Assembly (NCBI RefSeq): GCF_041146345.1
Contig: NW_027191409.1
Span: 1,736,001-1,800,000 of the forward strand
Direction: 5' to 3'
DNA: 64,000 bases
Origin: Neodothiora populina
Lineage: Eukaryota
Shown here: piece after piece, positions 24,069 through 36,705 of the stretch
How positions within the stretch are numbered: the first letter of the stretch is position 1
How the letters are laid out: each line of letters opens with the position of its first letter
Position numbers and translations under genes: made by a program
Notes under the pieces: generated by a model
Databases searched by the model: none
What the model was told of the DNA's origin: nothing
What the model saw: the letters and a program-made list of their open reading frames with translations, nothing else

Positions 24069-26011
24069 CTAATTGTTCTTTTTATCATAAACACCGCCGA
24101 ATATCCTCTCCATCCAGCCGGATATTCCAGTCAACGGCTTGACTTCGGTCAGTTCTTCATAATCATCAATCTCCTTGACGTCTCCGCCCAAACTGAGATC
24201 TGCAGTACCCAGTCGGTGGTACTTTGTCTTCTTGGCCCATTTCCAGCCGAAGAACGCAATGGGATACAGAACGAGGAAGGTGTAGTCCAGGAAGAAAAAC
24301 TTCAGGTCCCATTGGCCGGGGAAAAAGATGTAGAAACCTAGCAGCAGAGTCATGAGGAAGGTCATGAAAATGCAAATGTACGCCGTGTAAGGTTGGAAGA
24401 TGCCCTTATAAGGCAGCGAATCCCGCGAGCGGCCTTGACGTTTCATGGCGTAGTAAAAGTGAACATAAGTAATGCATGTCGTCATGTAGTTCAGCAGCTG
24501 ATTCGTCGTGACCAGGTCCACAAAGTAGTTCATGACTTTCGCCGAGTTGTCGCTGACGTTGAGCAAGGCGAGCAAGCAAAAGGCGATGCATGCGAGGACG
24601 GAATAGATGGGTACACCCGATCGAAGTGTCTTGGTGAAGATCTTAGGCGCACGGCCTTCCAGAGCCATGGAATAAAGCGTGCGACTGCTTGTGAAGACGT
24701 AACCGTTGCCTGCCGAGAAGACCGATGTCATGATGACAGCGTTGAAGAAATGCGGTAATCCAGAGATCTGGAGACGCTGCATGGCAATGACATACGGAGA
24801 AGCGGCAGATGTTCCTGATCCGCCCGCCTCACCGTTCAGAATCGCGTTCAGGGTAGGGTCGTTGTAAGGAATGCAGATGCCAACCGCGAGGGCGGAACCG
24901 CAGAAGAAGAACAGAAGGCGGAAAGGGAAGGACTTGTAAGCAGCAGGGAGAATGCGACGTGGTGATTTGGTCTCTGCAGCTACCATCGCAATGAACTCTG
25001 TAGTATTCGAATCAGCGTGAAGATTGCAAGCGCGCATTTCTGGACGTCTGCTCTTACCAGGACCGGCAACTGTGAACGTTGCGAAAGTGAGACTGCTCAA
25101 GAATCCTAGAAATCTGCCAGTGCTTCCGCCAGTGAGATATTCCGCAAAAGCACCCTATAAACGTCAGACCTGTGATCGACACCTGCTAATTCGCGATGAA
25201 ACTCACTGGGTTGTCCCAATAGCGGAACCCATAACGATCATGTAAGGGATTACCGCCGAGCATGGTCACGATCGTGAAGCCGAAGCAAAGGAAGATAAGG
25301 ATGACTTTGCCAATCGACAGATAGAATTCGGCTTGGCCGTACCAGCCGACAGACACGCAATTCGTGAGGCTGTTTAATAGTGTCAGTATGTACATACACG
25401 GCATCAATCGTATTGATTTTTCACACACCAGTAGAGAAAGATGAGAATGAAAACGGTTGCTTCCACCGGCAGCTTGTCCGTCCAAAAGCCAATCAGGCGA
25501 TGGAAGGCAGTCATCTCGAAGGGGATGAGCAAGACTTGGTTGAAGAAGAACACCCAGGACTGCGTAAAACCCAGAGCGTCATCTACCCATTCGCCAGAGA
25601 ATCGAATGAAAGGCGCTGGAACAGGCGCATAGCAGACCATCTCGGCTGTACGAAGACGTAAGTCGTGGGCCCCTTACCAAGACAGGTTCGTAGTAGCTCA
25701 CCAAAGCATTCATTGACACCGTAGGCCACCATAGACCATATCGCAAAGGCCAAAAACAATCCAGCAGGACCACTGATGGGGAGTTGCGAGCCCATACTGA
25801 CGAACACCACGGTACCTATCGAGGCTCCAATTGCAAATAGTTGCACCTGCTTTCCGCCGAGCTTGCGCTGCAGGTGGGCAGAGCCCGCAGTGATGAGATC
25901 GCTCTCGCCGATCTCGACATCGCTGCCTTTCTGAGAGTCGATAGTGTTAGTCTTCACGTCAAATTTCTCCACCGTGTGAACCTCAGAGACAAAATCATTT
26001 GGGGCTGCCAT
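24069..26011 (-). CDS. Amino acid permease (APC superfamily, yeast amino acid transporter type)
   Basis: Multi-exon. LQRKLGGKQVQLFAIGASIGT, GWYGQAEF, DRYGFRYW, AAETKSPRR, SPYVIAM, SRTLYSMALEGRAPKIF and many TM segments. Confidence 0.93.
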
Positions 26012-27410
26012 CGATGGGAATAACAAGTAGAGGAGAGAAGTGTGAGCAACGGGGTGCAGATCTAGGAACGATGAATGGCTCTCAGCTGTCTGTCTGTCTC
26101 CGCTTCTTGACTAGCGATACAGGCACAGAATATATTTCACAAGATTGATTATGTGCCAGGCTTACCATAGATATGCCTCCGAGTTAATAGAGAGCGTAGA
26201 CCTGGACTTTCTGTCAGATGCCGTATAGATAAGATATGCGCGGAGCCACCGCGCGCTATCTGTGGGTACAAGACAGCCGCCTATCCATCGGCATGGTTTA
26301 GGCGCATGCGGGTCCACGCTTTCAGTGTTATCAGCACCTGTGGCCACTTAATTGTCCCGAAGTCGATAGCGTCATGTGGGTCGTATGATCGAATCATAGG
26401 CAGATCCGATGATCTGTACTCACCTTCCGTATGATAGAGGAGGCTGGGGAGGAATGTCTCGTGGAGAACGAGTTTATCATTACTAGTGATGATTGTGGTT
26501 CGCGGGGAGTGGGGGGCATTATGTGGGTTGTAATATCCACTGTTAGCAGGAAGATATTGCGAGTCTTGGCAGACGCTGTCCTTGGCGTTTCTGATAAACA
26601 CAACTCTCTTTTATGGGGTTGGTCATGTTTAACCACAACTTGTCGATAGAAAGTTTATGGGCGGTAGACTCCCAGCCGTGGAAAGGGTCGAGAACCAAGA
26701 AGTCGCTTTTAAGCTTTCGTTAGCTCGCCATTCAATGGTTCTATTGCGTGCGGGAGAATCAGCACACGCATATGCAAGCATGAACCCATGCATTCGTGAT
26801 TGATAGGATATGCACTCCTAATCAGAGCCAGTATACTTGCAGCAATGTCCATATGGCTTGATGCGTACAGTCAATTGATTCCTAGTTATCAAAACAGGTG
26901 TGAAAGATGATGAGGCGGCAGGATCATTAACGTGACGACATCGATAAGGAGGGCAATTTGGCAGAGGAATTCTGAGTTTGTGCTCCGTTCATAAGATTTG
27001 CATGTGTATGCGTGTCTCTATAGCTTGTGCGTGAGCGATCGATATCTACGAGGTACTGTCCAGCCTGAAACGATGACTTAGCGACTATAAGCATCAATCA
27101 TCATTGTACAGACCACGACTCCAACCACGCAAACCTGGATATGTGCGTTGAGGCCAGATAAGAAGACTCCATCGCAGTCATCGATGCGTGTGCGTGACGT
27201 CTCGGCGTCTCGTGTCTCGTGGTCCATTGGTCGTGCAATTAAAAGATGGGCTAGAGAAATTTACCAAAGGTGTTTGGAATTTGGAACGGTCATCTAATTG
27301 AACTCCTTTAATGCGCCGGATCCATTATAGGCAAGTCGGATTGCTGAAGTCGTCAATTAATCGCATGACAGCGAGGGCCCTAAACAAGATACGACTTCAT
27401 TACGTCCAAA

Positions 27411-28385
27411 TTAGAGATCCTGTCTCCATAGCCAGTCTTCGAAACCTTTCGCATCAAGTCCTTGGGGAATCTTCTCAGTCGACTGCGCCCATTTCTTCGT
27501 GGAGCCATAACTCGAGTGTCTCGAGGGCGACTTGACTATGGCCAGCATATCGATAACATCAGGACTTTCGGTTCCCTCACACATGATCCTCTTCTCAAGG
27601 CATCTCTGCGCGAAGACTTTCGCTCGGGCCTGATCACTGTGCATATTACACAGCTGGAATGCGTCGTAGTATACACGATGGATCCTGGAGTCTCGAATAC
27701 CTTCCTCCTCGAAAACTGCCAACAACGAGCGACAGTCAGCTAATGCTCGTTCCGGTGACATCCTCGCTCTTTTCGGATCGCCGATGGCTTCGTCGAGTTG
27801 TCGCGCCTTGCTTTGTCGCGCATCACTGAGCTCCAGCTCGTCCTTGGGCAGTGCGCACAGCTCGCAAGCGCAATCAAAGCCGAAGAACTCTTTCAATATC
27901 TCGCGACGCTCTGAAGAGGTGCCACCGACGTGATATGACATGGTGATCTCATCACCAACAGCCATATCACAGATTGCATATACTGTCTCTTTCTGCAAGA
28001 TTGAGTTCCAAGCCTGCTGGCAATTCGGCTTGCAGCTATGATTAATGCGAGCGACAACAGGGAAAACACCTCCTACGTCTGCACCAGAACCCAGAGGGTA
28101 CGCATTGGATCGAATAATATTGCTGAAAGGATCTTTTCCTGGCCGATTGTTGTGTAGGGTGAGAAATGCTCGTTGCGAATCCTTCGGCAAGGCTCTGACA
28201 ATGGCTGCAATTTGTTTCTCTTCGGTAATGCCTTCTGTAGTGAAAAGTGGACTTTCACTTATGATACACGTCCCAGGGGCAATACTTTGACTCGCGACCA
28301 GTCCTTGCCCTTTTCCAGGAATGGCTTGTTGGTTGTACAATATTGTGCTGACTGTGTTACCAGTCCATGACGTGCCCGACGCCAT
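27411..28385 (-). CDS. SET-domain lysine methyltransferase (Set5/SMYD-like) with helical C-terminal domain
   Basis: GKGQGLVA, ARINHSCKPN, GDEITMSY and post-SET FGFDCACELC. Confidence 0.9.
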   Translation of the reverse strand: MASGTSWTGNTVSTILYNQQAIPGKGQGLVASQSIAPGTCIISESPLFTTEGITEEKQIAAIVRALPKDSQRAFLTLHNNRPGKDPFSNIIRSNAYPLGSGADVGGVFPVVARINHSCKPNCQQAWNSILQKETVYAICDMAVGDEITMSYHVGGTSSERREILKEFFGFDCACELCALPKDELELSDARQSKARQLDEAIGDPKRARMSPERALADCRSLLAVFEEEGIRDSRIHRVYYDAFQLCNMHSDQARAKVFAQRCLEKRIMCEGTESPDVIDMLAIVKSPSRHSSYGSTKKWAQSTEKIPQGLDAKGFEDWLWRQDL

Positions 28386-29897
28386 ATTCGCCTGTTTGTA
28401 CTGGGGTAGTGTGATATCTCAATGTACGATGTATTGACAAGATTTCAAGGGCCGCGACCACGCTGCCCTGTCGAATACAGAAAAAAAGCATGTCATCCGA
28501 TGAAATGAGATGAGTACGATGACCTTACAAGGCGCCTCACATTTGCGACGAAAGACTTCTTGCAGAAAAATGCGCAACAGGAGGATCAACGATCAGCGAT
28601 CGGCGGTAATTCTTCGGAGTCGACCCCGGCTTTACCGTATAAGGATCCATGGGGTTGGACCGGTCGATCTATAACAAACCACGATGGACCACCAACTCGA
28701 CGGGGTAAAGTTGGGTGGAATGACTTACGGTTTCGCTGTACATTGGGCTGTCCAGTCGATCTTATATTCGGGCTACGGTGAAGAACTCGGCTCGATGCAA
28801 GAACAGAGCCTATGTGACAATATGTCGACTCGCGATTGTCTCCGGACTTGTCAGAAGAACCGAGAGCTTTTGAGACTCAGCAGATGGCATGATTGGGTGC
28901 GGGACTCGGACAGATTCGGCAAACGAAGATGAAGAGGTGGATGAGGTTCATATTTTGTAGTCCAGTTTATGGTTCGAACAACATCTTACAGTAGATACAG
29001 TACTTGTAGATGCTGACCACTTGCGCCTACCTTACCTTATGCATCCTATGAATAATGCCAAGATTAGCCTGACATGAATCGAGCATCAGCGGGAGCTAAA
29101 AGACCAAATCTGGACCGTGCATCTATCGAGCCAATGAGTTCGATTTCTTTATCGAGAGTCCATCAAGCTTGTCGTTGTGATGGAAAGCATCCAGCTCCGT
29201 TGATAAAACCTTTTGTCGATATTCATGCTGATGCAGAGATGCTGCACCTCTCTTGTATAAGGACCTGTCTCCCTTTCATGCACATATCACTCGAGCATAA
29301 GACGAATCATGGCAACTAAGGTAATATAGGGCGGATGTTGGATCACAGAATGCTCTGCGTTCCGTTAGGCAGGTTTCGAGCACACTGGCTCGGCAGCTGA
29401 TGCAACCCTTGATACATACACTGTGGCCTCTGCATGCAAAGGATCAGATAAGCACAAGTGGGGATGATTCACTAATATGACTGATGATTATCCTGTCTTT
29501 TGTTCTACAAGGACATGGACGTCGCCCATCAATCCAGCCAGACCATTGATACTGTAGTCGCTGCTACTGACCAAACGGACAAGTCGAATGCTGCAGTGTT
29601 GTAAGTCTTGCCACAGCATGACGCACAGTGTGTCGCATGATCTACGAGAAGGAGATCCTTGGCGATAAGGATGGCACCCATTGCGATAGCACCAAGATCA
29701 CGGTAAGAAGGGTTTACAGGCAGTAATCATCCGGTAAATACAGCCAAATGTGGTATCGAGTTCCGTCAAGAGCCCAGGGAAGTGCTACAAGCATGAAACA
29801 CCGTTACAGTCCCTCTTATGATTGATATAGTCGAGCAATAGGCATACTTCATACTAGCCATTTTAGACGTATCTCCGCCACAAAACCTCCAATCATC

Positions 29898-31023
29898 ATG
29901 TCATCTGCAACGCACACCCTACCCGCCTCTTGGTTTCGTAGTTCTCCACTGTACCAACTGGAGAGAAGGGCGGTGTTCCTACGAGCCTGGTATCTTCTGG
30001 GACCACAGGTGAAGTTCGAGGAGGGAAACCCTGTCAGATATGAATTTGCCCAAGTCGCAGTGACAGTCTGTCCTACTGCTGGCTCCAGCGACAAGCGTGA
30101 CATCAAGGTCTCCAGAGATTATGATGTATGAGATCGCATCGTCTCGAAACTTGCTTCAACCACTCATTATATTGCAGGGTAAGGAACTCCGAAGCCATCT
30201 CACAAAGACTGGCCTGCTCTTCACAACAATCTCCGACGAAGCTCCCTCGTTCGAAGACTTCTTCCCCGATCTGGAAGAGACACTAGACACTGTGGATTTC
30301 TCCAAGAGGCCATACAAGCGCAGCATCGCGTATGAGGGCCATTTTAACTGGAAGACCATGTTAGAGTGTCCTGTACTTGGCTGAGGATCTCAAAGAACAC
30401 TAAACTGATGCTTGCTCGTAGGGTTGATGGATACCAGGAATGCTTGCATTGCCAGTATACTCATCCGGCATTTTCTGTCCTTTACCCCCCTACATTCTAC
30501 AATGTCATCAACCACTCTAATTGGTGCCGTCACATTGCCGATCCCAAGAAGCCAGATGACGGTCTCTTCTTATACTTCTTCCCAAACTGCACCTTGAACG
30601 TCTATGGTGGCGGCATGTCTACCTTCCGCGTCTGTCCAACGGAGGAGCCGGGAACCACTCGTATGGAGTTTGACTACTTCCATGTCGAGTCCGGCGAGAA
30701 GTTCGAGGAGTACTTCAAATTTGTCCGTCAGGTCGCACTTGAAGACTACGAGTTGTGTGAGAAGGCACAGGAGAATTTGGAGAGAGGTGTCTACTCCGAA
30801 GGCATCCTGAACCCCGTGAAGGAGTCCGGAGTTGCTTGTAAGTCAAATTCTGCCCTTTGCCATGTCAAGTACGAAGACACTAATGCTGGTATCAGACTAT
30901 CAACAACGTGTATTTGAACTCGTGACAGCACAGTTCGACAAGGACAGAAAGGAGAAGATGGCTGCCTCCGAGCTTGACAAGGAGCATCCGGCTGGCCCAG
31001 ACGCACGCAGCCTTGTTGTTTGA
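29898..31023 (+). CDS. Rieske-oxygenase (choline/carnitine monooxygenase-like) catalytic subunit lacking the Rieske [2Fe-2S] motif
   Basis: Introns 30126-30177, 30360-30421 and 30838-30895. N-terminal TLPASWFRSSPLYQLERRAVF; catalytic NWKTMVDGYQECLHCQYTHP and EDYELCEKAQENL. No CxH...CxxH motif. Confidence 0.88.
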
Positions 31024-32092
31024 AAAGCCATTGCTAGGTGTCATATAAGCAATCCAATTGTATCCTGAACCCGATACAAGTATTTACCTCATGGCCTCGG
31101 TCAGGAGCGATAAGCAGTCATGGTTAATTTTATCTATCCATGTCTAATCCTAGTTCTGCGCATTACATGCACCAGGAGTTTACGATCACGTAGATTCAGC
31201 GTCACCCAAGATACACTGGGAAGTACCCACCGAGGCCGAAGCCATCCGTCATCTTGCCGGTATTATGAAAGAAAGTGAGGGAAACCCATTGTATCTGACG
31301 ACAGATCGTGCTGAGGAAAGCATTATGATCAAACTTTACCTACAATTCGTCCTTTCAACATCACTCACAGGCTAGATCCCACATAACCCAAGAACAACAC
31401 AACCTAGATCACAAGTATGAGTGTAGGCATGAGTATGCAGTAGCTTTCGGGGACAGCGATAGGAAAGCCCCTCACAAAGCTAATCCGAGAGCGCTTGAGC
31501 TTTGGCTGGATAATGCAAACCCCGTCTCTGGACTGACTGCCCCATACTGAGCTACCCAGATCAGATCAAGACGCTCAAGAGAAATCATATAGAGAGTGCT
31601 ATCTAGGGTGCGCTGAGTTCTATTGATTGATCTGCATGAGTACCCTTGTTTCCCTGCGCATGCTAGCGACCAATGAAACGTTGTCTATTTGTGCCACCCG
31701 TACCTCGGAATCGACGGAGGACTTCACAAGTACTGTACGTAGAGTAGATCTAAAGATAAACCCCAGGGAGCACGGTGGCATTTGAATTTCGGGGAGATAG
31801 GTTATTTGGTGATCATACCTTACGCTTTGTGATGCTTCCCTGCAGGACTCAGGCGGAGTTTTACCCACCTATCAGCGACCCCGGACATGTGCATCCAAAG
31901 GATTAAGAGCTCTATTCTCTTCCTGTTCTGGTAAATCTGTCCAGCTTGTATATCGAGAGCTGGTAAAGATGATGTTACTCCTTCAAAAGTCTCATAGATT
32001 CTATATGGTATCAAGAAGTACCATTAGAAATACACGAGGCGGACGGCAATTACTATACTCGAAAATTTGCGCGTCGTGATTGATTGATAACA

Positions 32093-33553
32093 ATGGCGAT
32101 GAGCGTGTCACTACTTTCTACAGCGGCAGTTGCCACGATCGCCTGTCTGCTCTTACCAAATTTACTACTGTACCTGCTACGTTACTATTCCCAGGACCAA
32201 TCCCTCAAGGGAAATCATCAAGTCGCCGACGTCAACGACGAGAATTCGGCTTCCGTCAGTCAAGAACCTGATGTGTCCGAGGGATGGTGGACATCTGAGC
32301 AACATCTGGCTCTCGAGAAACGTGCTCTTTTCAGCAAAGTATGTATAATGAATCCCCTCATACGATGGTATACTGACGCTCTTCTGTTCAGGCGTGGATC
32401 CAAACAGCGCATGTAAGCAGTTTCCCAAAGTCTGGAGCCTATGTGAGCGTCAACACGCCAGCTGGGTATCCCATCTTTCTTGTCAAAGGCAAAGACGATG
32501 TCATCCGTGCTTTCCACAATGTATGCCGCCACCGCGCGTACACGATCACTACCAAACCCACGGGATCCAGCTTAGTACTTGGATGCCGGTATCATGGCTG
32601 GAGTTACGACACGAAGGGCAAACTAGTCAAAGCCCCCAAATTCGAGAATGTCCCTGGCTTTGACAAGGAGGCGAACAGCTTATTCGAGGTCAAGTGTGTG
32701 ACGAATGGCAGCGGACTAGTTCTCGTGAATCTTGATTTCGAAGAAAGCGCTCCAGAGCCGCCGCTTCTGGAATGGCTTGGTGTGACTTCTACGATGACTG
32801 TGCAAGACAAGTGGGAAGTGGAGGGCGCGTTCAACTGGAAATTGGCTGGTCAGTATGAATCTGCGGAATCGGTTGTCTGGTATTGAACATTTCGCAGAGT
32901 CGGCATCATGCTTCGACATCACCGCTGTTGACTCAGCACCAGCTTCAGTGTTCGCCGCACTCCATCTGGCCTACTGGAGCAGTTCCTATCGTCACTCACA
33001 AGAGCTTTTGCTGTCGCATGTTGTTTCATCTTCGAGAAGTGGAGCTGCACTTCTTCTTGACATAACGCCCTTGTCCGCAGGTAAATGCAATGTTTCTTGC
33101 ACTCTGCTCTCTAGCCAGAAATCAACTATGGAGCCTGACTCGATCAACAAAACCAAATCAGAGGTTACGGCAAGTGTGATGGAACTCGAGAGGATCTATC
33201 AGGACATCAAGGTCACTGGTGCAACGTAAGTACAGCCGATGATGCTATTGCATCTTGAGAGCCACCCGATGCTAACATAGCCATTAATCAGCATGGATGT
33301 GCAAGGCCAACAGACGATTCTGGCTGATGTAGTGAAGCACGCCAAAGCAGAACGTGCGGCCGGCAAGAAAATGTATCCAGCGACCAGACAGGATGCCGTC
33401 AGTGCAACATGCAAGATTGCAGACGAGAGTAAGTCAGAGTCTGTAATTGAACTCAATTCGTCTTTCTGACTTTGGGAAGTATGCAGTGAGCTCGAGGCTG
33501 GAGCTGCGTCGTCTGCCTGCGGCACTGCCACTGCTAGCTCGTTGGCCTGGTAA
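32093..33553 (+). CDS. Membrane-anchored Rieske [2Fe-2S] protein of the same family with degenerate catalytic domain
   Basis: Introns 32339-32391, 32849-32897, 33226-33291 and 33429-33479 give an open frame. N-terminal hydrophobic helix, AFHNVCRHRA...LGCRYHGWSY; NWKLA is followed by no ExxHxxxxH; ends ICSEL...C...LAW. Confidence 0.88.
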
Positions 33554-34040
33554 AGCGGAGCCACAGGATCGAAGTTGCGTAAATAGCAGCTGAACGAACA
33601 CCAACTGTCACATCAGGTCTTCTATGGAAGATTCATTACAGAGTATCCTCTCACGTCGGAGCCATGAAATTTTGTGAAGTCTGGTGCTCTGGCAACTGTG
33701 GGAGCGCATGACAATGATTCATGTATCTTGGGGATGACGGAGATCTCAGAGCCGCCTATCCATGCCCGTAGCTCCAAAGGCCTCTTCCATAAGGATATAG
33801 CCGTCTCAACTGGTCACTGATACCACATACCTATATGTGGATTGCATCAAGAGTATATAGTGTTGGAAAGGAAGGGACTCTGAGACGGAAGCACCATGTA
33901 CTCCCAACACTGTGAAGCGCTTTGCATAACAATGCTGGCATAGTAGCATATCACAGTCGCAATGTCTAATTATGCATGAGTGACGCTGTGCAGATATCCG
34001 AATAACAACAATGTTGGCAATCTTTGGTTCAGAAGGAGAT

Positions 34041-34073
34041 GCGGAGTCTTTGGCGGAGCGCCCGACACTCCGC
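34041..34073. promoter_or_regulatory. Nested inverted CGG element upstream of the Rid gene
   Basis: GCGGAGT (34041-47) and ACTCCGC (34067-73) are inverted repeats flanking CGG-AGCGC-CCG (34054-64). Confidence 0.5.
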
Positions 34074-34291
34074 CTATCTTTGATACTCGAGTCAATTATT
34101 TGTCTTGGCATATCCGACAGCCACCCCTATGGTCATATTATGTTCTATCGCTGACATTCGGGAGAAAAGGCGTATTGAAATTATATTTCAATCATAGACT
34201 CTCAGTCTAGCAGTCATCCTAAGTCGAGAACGCGATTCTACTTATCTTCTATACCTTAAGCTCCAACAAGTCTTGGCGTTTTACTCACATC

Positions 34292-34917
34292 ATGTCTATC
34301 ACTCCCGTTCTCTCAGACAAGGCATGTGCCTTTCCCCCTGGTCTTTTCCGTAAGTTGACACTATATCATATCCTTGCAAAAGATTAAAAGTAGAAAACTT
34401 GATCACCGAACTTTGCATCTTGTCTGGCTTGTTCTCCTGACTTTCACATGACATTCCATTCTATCCAACGACAAGACCATATCCACTGATCCTACATCCA
34501 GACCACGCAAAAGTCTACAACGGCGTAGTCTATACGACAGGTCAGATCGGCGGTGATGTCAGCGGCAAGCTCGTCTCACCGGAAGTCGGCGCCCAAGCAG
34601 AGCAGATGTTCGCGAACCTCTCGGCGATCCTAGAGGCCAGTGGATCGGGCCTGGACAGAGTTCTGGCTGCCAACATCTTCTTGACGGAAGAGTCGAATTA
34701 TAAGGCTTTTAACGAGGTGTACACGAGGGTAGGTCACTACTGGAAGATGATGCAGGCCGAAGATCGTGTCGATGGCGTATATGGCAAGCATAGATTTCTG
34801 ACAGTGGTACAGATTATGCCTGATCCTAAGCCTCCGCGCACATGCGTCTTCATCAAGTCGCTTCCTGCTGATGCGCTCTGCGAGATGAACCTGATTGCTG
34901 CCGCTGGAACTTCTTGA
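34292..34917 (+). CDS. Rid/YjgF/YER057c family imine/enamine deaminase
   Basis: Three exons. VYTTGQIG, QAEQMFANLSAILEASGSGLDRV, FNEVY and PDPKPPRTCV (conserved catalytic Arg present). Confidence 0.9.
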
Positions 34918-35046
34918 TTGGTCCATCATCTTCGACGCAAGTGTGGAACATGAAAGATTATGAGCAGTATGAACGTGCGTGACCTCAAGACGTATTGAAT
35001 TATAGACACCAAAAAGAACGATTTTTTCTACTAATTCCTTGTCCCG

Positions 35047-36705
35047 TCATACAATTTTCTTAAAGTTAATCATGCATGTGTGTTCCTGAGAGTTTTCGTC
35101 AGCTATTTGCATCTAGTATAATGTATCTGATAAAGCTTACCTCGATATGTGGCATGCTTTCGTCAAAGAAGAGCTCGAAACGCGAGGTTATAGCAGGAGA
35201 CTTTCCTTCGAACCCTGGTGCGATGTGAGTTGTATAGTTTCTGTATATGGCAGTGACCAAAGTTGTCATTTCCGCTGTAGCGAGGCTAGAAACTGCATTA
35301 GTACATATAATTGTAAACATTAGAGCAACAATACTCACTGCATGCCAATGCACATTCTGCCGCCAGCGGAAAAAGCAAAGGACGATTTTGCGGTCATTTG
35401 TCCCTTCTCGTCCAGCCATCGATCTGGATCAAACTCTAAAGGATCTTCGTAAACATTATCATTGCGGTTGATGGAATACGCAGATGCGCATACGATCGTA
35501 CCAGCTGGGATCGAGTAACCATCGATCACGGTGGCCTGATTAGGCATGCATCTGGGCTCCGAAGCTGGCAGAGGAGAATATAGACGCAGAGTCTCCTTTA
35601 TCACTGCATCTAGATACGGAAGCTGAGCGGCCGATCGTACAGAGGGGAAGTCATGGCTAGGAGAGTCGGGCGAGACGTTTCTGACTTCACGCGAGAGCTT
35701 CTGCTGTACCATCTCATTCTCAGGCAGCGAAAGCACCCAGATTAGGAACATCAATGAGTCAGCTGTAGTATCAATCCCCGCCAGGAGGTGATCTGCGCAT
35801 TCAGATGCCAACTCCAGATCATCCAGACCCCCGGATTTGTTTCGCTGATGATGAGGCCATAGATCAGCGATCAATGCTTGGCCCTTGATATCATCCAGAC
35901 CATTTTTGGCCACTGCTTGCTTTGACATCTCGAATGCTTGCAGAGCATGCGCTCGGATAGCTGTGTAAGTTGCCGGCTTGGACATTGGTAGCAAGGGGGC
36001 GATCATCTTCTCCATCGTCGCTGTGCGAGTATATAGCCATTTTGTGAGCTTCGGAAGGTGCACTGCGAACCACGAAAGCTTACGGCGTGAAGGATCAAGA
36101 ATGTCAAGAAGCAAGGCACGATGTGCTGCATTGCCAGTCACAGCGAACGTGCCACCGAATTTGGCGCCATACAAGAAATGCGTGATGCTGTCCAGAGAGA
36201 AATAGTGCAATGTTGTGAAGATGTCGTTCGGCTTGTCGATGTGATTTTGTAGAAACTCCATGTATTCTTGGACTCTGCTCTCGATCATCGGGCTTATTGA
36301 AGTCAACATCTCGGATTTGGAATAAGCATGTGCTAGTAACTTCTTCCGGGCGCCATGGGCTTTGCTCGACTCGAAGGTGAACAGGTTCTGTTTTCCATAC
36401 ACATCAAACATGCGGTAGAAGCTGGTTCTTTCGAAACCACTACCTGCGCCATATATCTTGCGTAAAGAGGTCGAGCTATTGAAATGCACTTCGTTGGGGC
36501 CAATGCGGACAACAGGTCCATACTTCCTGTGAAGACTGTCGATTGAACGAGTACGTCGTCCGCGATAATCCTCGAATGCGAGTCGCCATTTAGTGATCGC
36601 ATAGGATTTCGGTCCAGGTATTTTTCTCAATGGACTGATGAGAAAGGGCTGGAGAACGAAATAGTAGACAACGAAGACAAGGAGAACACAAATTATTGCA
36701 AACAT
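35047..36705 (-). CDS. Cytochrome P450 monooxygenase
   Basis: N-terminal anchor plus PLRKIPGP, I-helix LLAGIDTT, KETLR, FDPDRW, heme motif FSAGGRMCIG. Two 3' introns; last exon EHTCMINFKKIV. Confidence 0.95.
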
